Source of the DNA: Zootoca vivipara
Lineage: Eukaryota
Length of the DNA stretch: 64,000 bases
Assembly: GCF_963506605.1 (NCBI RefSeq)
Contig: NC_083278.1
Coordinates: 68,696,001 to 68,760,000 of the forward strand
Reading direction: 5' to 3'
Position numbers and translations under genes: made by a program. The first letter of the stretch is position 1. Every line of letters starts with the position of its first letter. The notes beneath the pieces were generated by a model that was not told the DNA's origin, did not search any database, and saw nothing but the letters and a program-made list of their open reading frames with translations. Below are positions 26,828 through 38,620 of the stretch, piece by piece.

Positions 26828-29800
26828 GTAAGTGTGCATATGGAGGAAAGCTAACATTGAAGGTATATATTCAAGCTTTTTGACAAGTTACTAATTAAGC
26901 AATAAAGCATGACAGGCTGCCAAGCGGATGATGCCAAATCTGAGTCAATTGTGAGATAGAAGACCAGAAGCCTTTTGCCTTCAATCACACATTTGGTACC
27001 TGAATCCCATAAAATTGTGCTGTCTGAATTCTCTGACTCTTAACGCTGCTCTTAGTAAATAATAAATTAAATTACCGGATTTCTCTTTTTCTTCTGGTCC
27101 CCATCCAACCATCTTATGAAAAGCACTCAGAAAAGAAAGGTGGAAAAGTAACAAAAAAGTTTTTAATGGCTTTATCTTCATTTTCTTTGCTATTTTTGAG
27201 CACATTAGTCATCTTTATTCCTAACATCATGTCTTTTCACATCAAAATGATAATGGCCTGGTTTGGCTGTATATATTAAACAGATATGTATGAGACTTGG
27301 TTCTCATATGGTTCATGTTTGCATCACTCCTTCCCCTCTCTCTTAAAGGTGGACTGCAGTTCAGCACTTCCTGGGTTAATTAACCATAGTTTCCTGTTAC
27401 ACATGATCCCTGAAACTATAGTTATTAAGATCAGAAGAAACCATGGTTTAAGATCCTGGCTTGTTCCAATCATAGTTTTCCAATTCAGATCTAATGGAGA
27501 ATGAGAGTTAATTAAACCAAGAAGTGTAAGTGTTGAGATGAGAACTCAGTGAGAACAGTAGGGCATGTATGGTGTGGCAGAGCTCTCCACACTGCTGCTT
27601 ACATGAACGGGACTGCAAAGGGGTGGTGATGAGATCAGGGTAGTGTTTGTACACTACTACAAGCATAAGATTGGCAGAAGCAGTTGCATTGGTGCAACTG
27701 TGTGGCGCTGACCTCACTGCTTCCCTGCCCCCAGCTCTGTCTAGGTAAGCAGCAGCGATGCCGCTCTACTCCAGACTCCACCACACGCTCCTACGACCTT
27801 GAAATATTTGTGAACTTTGTCCAATTTTTATCTAATCCAAATAATCTGCTGACATAGTACTACTAGGTAAGTCTCCTTTGGAAATCTCTCAAATATCCCT
27901 CTCTTTCAGCTCCCTATATTCACAGATAATAACAATTTCCAGAGTGCTTGTCAAATGTACAAATGCTGCAAAATATTCTTCTGCTGTCAGTTGAAGCTGA
28001 TGACTATCTGAGTATTTTCATCTTTCTCCCCCTCACCCCATTTTGCTCTTCTCGTACCAAGGCTGAACGCAGGGAGACTCCCATATTCTTCCACCTCATA
28101 AGTAGGGAACAATAATTGGGTGTCCCACCCCCACCACCACCAAGGGCAGTCTGAGAAAAAACTGATAGAACAAAAGAGCTTCACCCCTTCTGGGCAAGTA
28201 TCTGAGCCAGCCTCCAGTAGCTATAAAGCAGCTGATTCCCATTGGAAGGTTGTTTGAGTGAGGGTGGTTGAGAGTGTAGTTATGGAATGAAGATAAACAA
28301 GAAAGGAATAACAAAGAATTAATTCAGCTCTTGCAGTTAAAACTTGATAATACAATTAAACTACACCCAAATGTGTTTTAGGCTTCATGTAATCGACTCA
28401 CATTGTTTCACATTTTGTAAGACTCCACTGCCTTTTTGGCCTTTCAAAATGCCTTGTAAAAGTATTTTTAGAACACATGAAAACAGCACAAGAACAGGGA
28501 AGAAATTCAGGGGATGGCCCGCAGGGACTGATATATCAAGAAAGGTTAAAATATATAGATTACAGAGTGCAAATGTTAACAGTTTGTAAATGTACTGTCT
28601 AGGGAGGTGGATATTTTACTTTATCTTAACTGTTTAAATCAAGACAAGATGCATTTCTAACAGAATCTAGATTGATCTGGGAATTTCTTGAAATCCAGCT
28701 CTCTGTGCCTTTGAGCTTTTCCAGATAAAAGTTGTTTCACACAGGAAGGGCCAGCAGAAGCTACTTTGCTGCTCTAAATGCCAAAAAAAGTCGCTCCCTT
28801 CATGGTTCATTTATCCCACCCCCTGTTTGAAGCCCTTTTGCACTGCCTCCATTCAGCTAAATGAAGCCAAGTGTTCATATTTGTATGAACAAAGAAATTG
28901 TACTGTCATTTGAAAGACAAAAGGACCTGTAACAGGGAAACCTTGGGTGGTGATGGAGAACAACACACAATTGGTTCCACATGTCAGATCTGTTACCCCT
29001 AGACTCTACAATGTGTATGTATTGGGGTTCTGTTCCCTACTGAGGGATTTACAGAAACCTCGAATTATACTGCCCATATAACCTAATTGTTTGGACAATC
29101 CCTGCATACTTTAAATTCACAGTTGCCATATGTTCATGGGTATCCTAATATCTTTCCTTCACATGTTGTAGGAGTATTGCATTTCCCCAATACTCGCATC
29201 ATATTTTTCCTAGCTAGTGTGTCCTAAGATTGAGCACATTAGTTTCATGTGGAAAGTGGTTGCATGCTAGAACTATTAAATGGGTGCCTATGACATCACT
29301 GTTGAGTGACCAAACTCTTCCTCCCCAATTGTGCCTGAAAAATTGTTGTTGTTTTTTAAACCATTTGGAAGGGTTGATGTCTGCCCAGGAGATCAGAATT
29401 GTTATTTTCCTGCAAATGACCCCACATAACAAGGCAAATTGGTTGTTGCAGCACCAAGGAGACCTCCTGGTGAGCAAGTGAAATGAGGACTTTTGAGCCT
29501 CTGCCTCCATTCCATCTCTTCTAGGTTCTGCTCACTTTTGGAGAACTCAGGTCTCTTCAAAGGCCATTCTCTGGCCCATTGATGGACATTCCTCCTACCT
29601 TCCCTAGTGTCCCACCTGGTGCTTCCTTGTGCTGCTGGACTGGTGAGGTTATGTGGGAGCCTGGGAGGCATTTGGTTCCTAAAGTCCAGCAGACCACTGT
29701 GATGGTTCCAACTCTGATTCTAGAGGCCCTGGTGCTATGCCACCTGGTTCAGTGAGCTCCTGCTTACCTGCTTCATGTTATGTTGTCCTCTGATCACCGC

Positions 29801-30864
29801 CATCAGACTCCTGGCGGCTGCACCACCCAGTTCAGTGCTGAGCCATAAAAAATTGTTTTAGCTTTGCTTTTTTTCAGTGCTGCTACCAGCAAATATAAGC
29901 CTCTAATGCTGCTTGGTAAGATTGCAGGGAGCACTAATGTGGTGCATTAGGGCTACTTGCCCAGGACCCCCTCAAAGCTGGCACTAGAAACTGGTGTGAC
30001 TTAAAGTGCTTAACTTTGATTGGATTGCAACCCTTGGTTCTTAATCGATTCCCTATTAAGGAATTCAGGCTCCATTAAAATCAATGGTGTTTATATATAT
30101 ATATATAAAAACAAATTTGACCTAGATGACTTATCTTGAAGTAACCATCTCTTTTATCAAAGGTTGTGAAATACTGGAGCATTGACATTCAATAGCTGAA
30201 AAAGTGCATTTGCAATTACCATGTCTAAATTGGATTCTGTAGCTTAGAAAAAAAGTCACTTCAGCAATTCTTAGTGTTGTAAGAAGCAGAATTTCCTGTT
30301 ATCATTTCCCATCAAGCATAGCTACTATATGAAGCTACTGTCACAAGTATATTAAACTAATGCTTCTGCACAAGCATGTCTGAAGGGTTAATTAAATCCC
30401 AGTTCCTCTAACAATTGCCGAAATAGAAACAAAATAATAATCTTGGATAATCTTGAGGAAAAGTCTACTATAGAAACAAGGAACAGAAGGAACAAAATTC
30501 AGGTGTTAAGAACAACTGGAGATCAAATTAGCAGGGGAAAAATTTGGATTGGAGAAACACATGGTCATAGAGACTGAAAGGAAATATGGAGCAGAATAAA
30601 TAGAAGCAAGCAAACAATTAGCCAAATTGGTGTGTAGCCATAGTTTTGTTCCATCAGTGGCAATATTTCAAATGAAAATGTTACTCCAGGACTTGCAGGG
30701 TGTTGTTTTGAAAACAATTTTTAGTATCAATGCATAGTTCGGTGATGATAATTGTATTGATTCCATATTGATTCAATACTACATAATAGGATGTCCTGTG
30801 TTAGTCCAGGACTTTATGAAGCTCATTAGCCATCTCTTAACACCACAAGGTTATTGTGATGATG

Positions 30865-30865
<1 letters not shown>

Positions 30866-30908
<43 letters not shown>

Positions 30909-31210
30909 TTATTATTTATACCCCGCCCATCTGGCCGGGTCTCCCCAGCCACTCTGGCGGCTTCCAACAGAAGAATAAAACACAATAATCTATTAATGTC
31001 TTCTAAAAGTCTGGTAGTTGTTTTCCTCTTTGACATCTGTTGGGAGGGCGTTCCACAGGGTAGGCGCCACCACCGAGAAGGCCTTCTGCCTAGTTCCCTG
31101 CAACTTGGCTTCTCGCAACGAGGGAACCGCCAGAAGGCCCTCGGTGCTGGACCTCAGTGTCCGGGCAGAATGATGGAGGTGGAGACGCTCCTTCAGGTAT
31201 ACTGGACTGA
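30866..31210 (-). mobile_element. L2-clade LINE 3' end with (TTA)n tail
   Basis: Minus-strand PVYLKERLHLHHSARTLRSSTEGLLAVPSLREAKLQGTRQKAFSVVAPTLWNALP; (AAT)n at 30866-30908. Confidence 0.85.
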
Positions 31211-32119
31211 GGATAAATTTTGCGGTAGGGAAAATCCATGTACTCTGCACCCTGGGTAAAATAATAATCACAATAGCATTAAAAAAAAACCCAACAAACA
31301 TTGCAGTCACTATAATAGCAAACACAGTATCATAAAGCAAATAGCAACAAATTCCTCAAAACAATTAATACAATTCAATAAAGTCATAGTAACTCATTGT
31401 ATTGTGAGGATTCTTCCGAATCACATAGAACCATAATATGGACATTTGAAGAAAAAATAATTTGATCTGGCATTGTCTATATACTCTATGATTTCCTTGA
31501 GGGAAAGTGAGCCTTCATAAAATTGTTTTCATTAAAAAGATTCTCAGCACCACCACTAACACTATTGTAATGTTTTACGTTTTTAATGAGATTGTATATT
31601 GCAAAACACAGACACATTCTCCTGTGTAAAATTCTGTTTATCGAGAGAAGGTAGCATCATTATTTTTTACAGTATTCGGCATCTTAGAGAGCGACAGATT
31701 CCTTCAAGCTATCCAACAACAACAACAACAAAAAATCTGCTCTGGTTGGTTTTTGTCTCTTTATCCATTAGATGTCAAAACCATTACTCAAGGAAAAGGA
31801 ACAATCTTAAATGATCCGGAACACTTAGAGTATATATACAAGAGAAACTGCTTTTGGTCAGTGACTTACAGCAACAAATAATGAAATATGGGGAGAAGTT
31901 AATTTTTTTCCTTTGGCCTGTTAAGAACTGGAAGGTTTGGTACTAAATAGCCTTGTGAAAGGTTATGCACTCAAGCTGTTCCTCTCTGTTAATGTTCTCA
32001 TATGGCCCTAAGTGGAACATCTGGTGATTATTATTTTTTACAAAACACATTACAAGGCATAAATAAGGCTTTGAATTGCCACAGTAATGTATAATTATGT
32101 TGAGTAATACATTAACAAT

Positions 32120-32512
32120 GGGACGCGGGTGGCGCTGTGGTCTGAACCACTGAGCCTCTTGGGCTTGCCGATCAGAAGGTTGGCGGTTTGAATCCCTATG
32201 ATGGGGTGAGCTCCCATTGCTCTCTGTCCCAGCTCCTGCCAACCTAGCAGCTTGAAGGCATGTCAGTGCAAGTAGATAAATAGGTAGCGCTGTGGCGGGA
32301 AGGTAAACGGTGTTTCCATGTGCTCTGGTTTCCATCATGGTGTCCCGTTGCGCCAGAAGCGGTTTAGTCATGGTGGCCACATGACCCGGAAAGCTGTCTG
32401 TGGACAAACGCCAACTCCCTCGGCCTGAAAGAGAGATAAGTGCTGCAACCCCATAGTCGCCTTTGACTGGACTTTAATCATACAGGGTCCTTTACCTTTA
32501 CCTTTTTTACCT
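32120..32512 (+). mobile_element. Full-length Sauria SINE
   Basis: gggacgcgggtggcgctgtgg head, tttacc-repeat tail; 13-bp TSD taatacattaaca (32105-32117 and 32513-32525). Confidence 0.92.
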
Positions 32513-34204
32513 TAATACATTAACACCACAATCCTATGCATTCAGTGGTAAGTCACATTAAGCTGAATGGGGCTTACTCCCAGATAAGTGGGTATGGTTT
32601 TGCAGGCTTGTTGTAACTCCTCTCTTGCTCCCACAAGTCAAAATGAAGCTAGGCTTTGACAGGGTTATCTCTACTTAAATCCTTATGTAAATTAAATTCT
32701 TAACGCTGGCATTTTTATAATAATTAAATTACTACATTCTTACATAAAATAGTTTCTTAGTGGAGCAGAGAGAAATTTTTTGTTACTGGGAAAGTGGAGG
32801 GTTTTTTTTTTTACTTCATAAAGAAAGGTATAAAATGATATTTAAATTGTAAGAAATGGCATGCCAACTGCAGCAGTTCAACCATTGGAGATTAAAGTTG
32901 TCTCAAATGATGAACCTACAAGGGAAATGTTGATTAGCTAAAGGGTGAACTGATTTTGCCAGGGGGACATCTTCCCTAGTCTGTCCATGCCAGTCTCCCT
33001 GGTAATACAACAAAGTTAGAGTCACACCTCTTACATGCTATCCTGAATAGTTCATGTATCACTCCACATTCTATTTAATAAAGCTGTGAGCTATTTAATT
33101 GCGATTATTGATGTTTGCATCTTCATTTTCTTCACATGGCCATCATTCTATATTCATAATATTCAAGTTCAACCATATATACATAGCATATCCCTTCTGA
33201 TTTCTTTTAGACTGTGACATCTGCAGTGTAGGGTAATGATATTTTCAAATTTAGTTGTTATTTTGAAAAAGGAATTCAAAATGCAGAGCTTCATAATATG
33301 CTAGTCCATCAGTATTAGACAGTCCTCCATAACTATACAAGTGGGCTTGAAAATTCTGCTACAACTTTGCAAAAATGTGAATGCGTGGAAAACATTTAAA
33401 CCTACAGTATTTAACATTTGTTCCAAGGCTGCATAATTTTGGAGGGGGAGGCCAATAACTTGGATAATTTGTATTCAAATTATACATGTGAAAATATACA
33501 GTAATTGACTTTTAAGACAAGGGAGAATACAACATCCTCTGCCTTTAAAAATGAAAAATAAAACAAGTGAATGGAGACAAAAGGTATTATTGAAAGACAT
33601 AGCAAAATTCAGCTGCTTGAAACTACACAAAAATTTCTCAAGTAGGCAAGAATCCTTATTCTTTATCAGATTGTTTGTCTTTTAAAAGAAGCCTACAAGC
33701 TTTTCTCTGTAAACATTTGTCTCATTGTGCTGGTTCTTCAAATACTAAGAATTGTTAATTGAAATGAATAAAGTGATTGCTAAGCAAGCAGATACAAACA
33801 GGCTAATTGTTGCATTAGAATGTCTCTATTGTCAACATTTGCGGGTTGCCTTCGCGGTTCCATTAGTCCCAGTGGTACTTACTGATAGCTTTTTTTCTTT
33901 CTTTCTTTTTTGGAAGCAGTAACATAGGCAGCAAGGAGGAATAATGAGCTGCCTTCTTGGGGTTAGTGAGGAGTCAGCACAAATTGTGGGAACAAATAAC
34001 AGTCAGACAAGGCAGTGTTTTATAACATTGGGGCTGCAATCCATCTTTGGGTTCCTTCAAAGCTGGGCTAATAAAGGCCCACTTACAATCCCCAGCAGAG
34101 TACAGTTTAATTAAATTTGTCCATTAGAGGATTTCTCCCCCTCTCTTGTACATTCCTGAAATTAATTCTTCTGTTTTCTGCTTGTCTCTTTTCCTTTATC
34201 AAAG

Positions 34205-34354
34205 ATGCGCTGAACCTTCGAAACCGACAGGTCATCTGCATCACACTCAAAGTTCTCCAGCACCTGGTTGTGTCAGCTGACATGGTGGGGGAAGCCTTAG
34301 TGCCCTATTATCGACAGATTCTCCCCATTTTAAACATCTTTAAGAATATGAATG
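34205..34354 (+). CDS. PACRG: PACRG internal coding exon (equivalent to human exon 4)
   Basis: (N)[49 protein letters not shown]; acceptor ttcctttatcaaag|AT completes the AAT codon split from the previous exon; donor G|gtgagt; 150 bp. Confidence 0.97.
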
Positions 34355-35111
34355 GTGAGTGATCCTAGCAGTTACCGCATCTAGCAAGCCCTCCAGCCAG
34401 GAGGGGCTTGAGGCAGGGTTAATTAACAGCATAGTTAGATTTTACTACTGCATATAAACTAAAATGTATTTGGCACCCTCTCCTGTTATTCCCCAGGGAT
34501 GGAGCAAAATTAACAACTTCATTTATTCTTACTGGTAAAGCTTATTCAACACATTACAGAAGCACTGGAGCAGCTCTGTAATCTACCAATAATTAATTTG
34601 TAAAGTTTTGTAGCACTCTTTTAATTCATTAATAGATTACACACACCCCTGCACTGCTTTCACCTGACAAGTTAAGACTCCACCTCTTGATCCTTCTCAG
34701 AACTTTTCTAATTAGTAAAGTTTGGTGTCATTATTTCCTGGCTTGGTACCCAATATAAGTAAAGTTTTAAACTGATTTATTCAGTTTGGAGGAAAATTAA
34801 GTTTTATTATTTCAAATTCTTTACATTCCTGTTCTTATAAAGTTATGTGCATTGCTCTACCTAATCTGTGTAGTCTTGGTTGAGCAGTTTAAATATTTTA
34901 GCAGGGAAGTATTTCTATTTTGTTCAAAATCTCATTTTATGTCTTTAAAAAAATGAAGTTTACGTAATGAAGATTAGTGTTTAACTCTACATGCCTCGAC
35001 CCAGCTGACATTCTTTCTAATATATGATTTCTGTTAAAAACCACTTGATATATTGTTGGACTGGTCACTTTTAAGTAATTACCTTAACATTTTGTGCTGT
35101 TATTTTAGTAT

Positions 35112-35224
35112 AAAAGGTAAAGGGACCCCTGACCATTAAGTCCAGTCGTGACCGACTCTGGGGTTGCGCGCTCATCTCACATTATTGGCCGAGAGAGCCG
35201 GCGTATAGCTTCCAGGTCATGTGG
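35112..35224 (-). mobile_element. 5'-truncated Sauria SINE
   Basis: aaaggtaaagggacccctgaccattaagtccagtcgtgaccgactctggggttgcgcgctcatc. Confidence 0.85.
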
Positions 35225-35589
35225 GTTGTTGGTAGCTTGGCTAATTAAGATAATACAATTTGCCAGATGTAAAAAAATAATAATATTCTGGTATTTCAGT
35301 AACATATTCACAAGCCTTACCTTTCACTCACATTGCCACCCTATGCATAATCTTATTTAGTTCATAACTTACTTCACGTCCCATAAAGTCTAGGTGATGC
35401 AGCAACAGTAGTTGTTACTTGGGGAGGAAAGGGCTATTAAATGAGTTGGGGACTTTTGATCGATGCAAATTGTGTATCATTAGCCAATTAACAATTAAAA
35501 TGCTATCTGATGTGGCTAGAAGAATGGGAATGAGCAGCATCAAGGTAATACCGTAATAATAATATTTTTATCAATTGTACCCCACCCAC

Positions 35590-35639
35590 AAAGTCACGAA
35601 GACTCGGACATGACTAAACGATTAAACAACAACAACAAC
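35590..35639 (+). mobile_element. Bov-B extreme 3' tail
   Basis: gtcacgaagactcggacatgactaaacgattaaacaacaacaacaac. Confidence 0.7.
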
Positions 35640-36122
35640 CCCACCCATCTAACTGGGTTGTCCTAGGCACTCTGGGTGGTACAGAGAACTGTGGAACATC
35701 GATGAAATGTGACAGTTCATTGCTCTGACATACATGGAATTCCAGAGCAAGCAGGTTTCTCTCCATTCTCTTGCATGGATGCAACCACTTTCTGTATCCA
35801 TCTCTTTTCATGTGTGGTGCTACCCCTTCTCTTGAGAAAGCGAAATATAAAGCAAATTAAAAGTTTAAAGTAAATAGGGGTTACCCAGTGCAACCTCCCC
35901 CCCTTTAAGTCTGGGGCTATTCTCTCCAGAATCATATTAAGAACTCATCTAAGGAGAGGGAAGAATTGAATCAAACTGGTTTTCTTGTAGCTTTTAACAC
36001 TATAAAATTATGTTTTAAATAGATGGAGGACCATGTAAAAGTAACTTACACTTCTGCACTCGTCAGACTATTAGAATTATGAATAACATATTTAAGGCAA
36101 TAAGCTTTTATAATTGCTGTAC

Positions 36123-36256
36123 CAGTGCTATTTTTCTACAAAAAGAGGTGCTGAAACTCATGAGCGAGGCCTTGTTCTCTTTTAATGGCAATGGGCCCCA
36201 CCTGAGAGGTGCTGAAACTGAGTTCTGGTGAGTGCCAGCTGAAAAAGAAAGCCCTG
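36123..36256. mobile_element. Small hAT-type MITE
   Basis: Reverse-orientation relative of 13998-14127. Confidence 0.65.
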
Positions 36257-38024
36257 GCTGTAGGTCTGTTAAAGTTGCACTGCCATATTTTATGGTATCT
36301 GGTTTTACTTCTTATTCATTGAGAACCCAATAGTTAAATCTTTCTGGAGATTAAAAGATAAGAAAAATATAATGTCTGTGACATGGCTTAGATCTGTTGT
36401 TAACCCTGTGACACCACTTGAATCTATTACCTTCTTGAACTCAATACAGTACCAAAATTTGGTATTTCTTTACAAGGTGCATTTTAAAACAAATCAAAGG
36501 GGGAAAAACACATTTTTTATTATTTGAAAGTGTTTTATTTTTGTTGTTAAAATAATGAACCCTTGTTGTGCAGTTCATATTATAAATGGAGTTTCGTGAA
36601 GGTGCCTGAGGTAAATAAATGCTTAAAAGAATTAGGAATTCATTTTATGGTTTTTAGTGAGAAGACAGAAATTATGATGCAGGAGGACCAAAGGGAATCT
36701 TCAAAGCTTAGCACTGTCATGTGTTGTATTCTATGGATATTATATAAAGCATAGGAAGTAGAAATTAGTTTGATAAGTGTTAGACAGTTGTATCAAGTAA
36801 ATGCTTTTTGCATAACATAGTCAGGTAAATGAAAATGCCATTGATCTGCTTTAACAACTATTATATGCTGTCAAGTGAAAACAACTGTAATGGCTTATGT
36901 GCATTATAAAGGAAAAACATTTTCATGTCATCAATTTATCTTATTCAGTAGTGATCAATAACTGTTTGTGAAATGCTGTGCAGATTAAACAGCCCAGAAT
37001 ATTTCGAAACAAAACCCTGTCAACCTCTGCAGCATACAGAGTAAAGGCACAGATTTAAAATGTATTAAATTAAGTTAATCATTTTGATATCTGTAAGCCC
37101 TGATGTGCTAAAACTTAAAACGTTAAAAGCTTCTTTTGTAATAGAAGGCCTTCATTGTTGATCAATAAAATGTTGACCCATTGAAATTAATGAACCTACC
37201 TTAGTCATGTTACTTCATTTCACTGGGTCTACTCTGAGTAAAAGTGAGTAAAACTATCCCATGAAAAGACATTAACTTCTGGAATCAGAACTTTGAACAT
37301 ATGCAATACTTACTGACAGTTTATCTATAGATTAGTGGGGAACCACTAGAGTTAACTATAAGACTTGTAATCACAGTTGTGGAATACAAACTTACTTTGC
37401 ATATTAAGTGTTAACTGGAACACTCACAGAATCTATAGTCACTGACCGTCTGGGTTTAAACACATTAAAGTAAGTCACACAAAACTCAATAATCTGGTTA
37501 GGGCCATCTGCTGTCTAATGAAATCCTGCCTAAATCGGTGGAATTACGGTAGCATTCTAGTGTTAGTAGTTAGGTTAGAATAGAATAGAATAATTTATTG
37601 GCAAAGTAGTTTGTAGTCTAAAGGTATCTGACAGTGCTATTTTATAAGGTAGCATTATTTGAACACAAGATTCCTTCATTTTCAGCTAATCCCCTCCCCC
37701 TGTACTGCTTCCGCATATGACACAGCTCACTATTTTTGGTATACCCCCCTGACCCACTGGAGGGACTTTTCAGCAGTTGCAAGGGCCAAAGGGGGGGATA
37801 TCTGCTATGTGAGTTTACCTTCTGCTCATGCAATGTTGGATTCCACTCCCTAATACAGGGGTAATCAACGTGGTACACTTCATAAATATCGGATTGCAAC
37901 TGTAATCAGTTCTGATCATTAGCCATAGTGGTTTGGGCTCATGGGAACTGCAGTTCAAAACATATGGAAGGCACCATATTTGCTATCCCTGCCATAATAC
38001 TTAGCAGCCACCAATAGGTTACTG

Positions 38025-38620
38025 CAATGCATCATACGGTATGTGGGGCTGCCTTTGAAGATGATTTGGAAACTGCAGCTGGTGCAGAATTTGGTGGCCA
38101 GGTTGCTCACTGGTGCAAGATGGTCTAAGCACATGTATCGCCAATCCTGGCCTGATTGCACTGGCTACCAATTATTTTTGGGTTCAATTCAAAGTGCTGG
38201 TTTTGTCCTATGAAGTATCATGCATCTCAGAGCCCCAGTACTTCAATGTAGGAAGCTGTCTTATACTGAGTCAGACCATTGGGTCCATCTGACTCAGTAT
38301 TGTCTGCACTGACCGGCAGCAGCTGTCCAGGGTCTCAAGCAGGGTTCTTTCCTAGACCCACCTAGAGGTGCCAGGGGTTGGGACCTCCTGCATGCAAGCA
38401 GATGCTCTACCATTGAGCTACAGCCCTTTCCCAAGGGCTGCCTCTCTCCATAGGAACTGACCCAGGCTCTTCTCCATGTGCGCCTACCACAGGAAGTCTG
38501 GAGAGGGGGACATAAGAATGGGCCTTTTCAGTGGTGGGTCACCACTTGTAAAAAGGTTTTCCTCTGGGGGGCTTGCCTAGTGCCACCCTTGTCAAGTTTC
38601 GGGTGCCAGGCGAAAACTTT
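38025..38620 (+). mobile_element. Old L2 3' remnant interrupted by a SINE
   Basis: Decayed YVGLPLKMIWKLQLVQN...ARLL and later AFSVV motifs. Confidence 0.65.
38248..38426 (-). mobile_element. Squam3-like tRNA-derived SINE
   Basis: Minus strand gggctgtagctcaatggtagagcatctgcttgcatgcaggaggtcc ... tctgactcagtataagacagcttcctac. Confidence 0.8.

Noticed and set aside
29214-29830. Possible third decayed LTR with an RRSP(W/R) motif on the minus strand
   Set aside because: No termini, TSD or polyA signal could be defined
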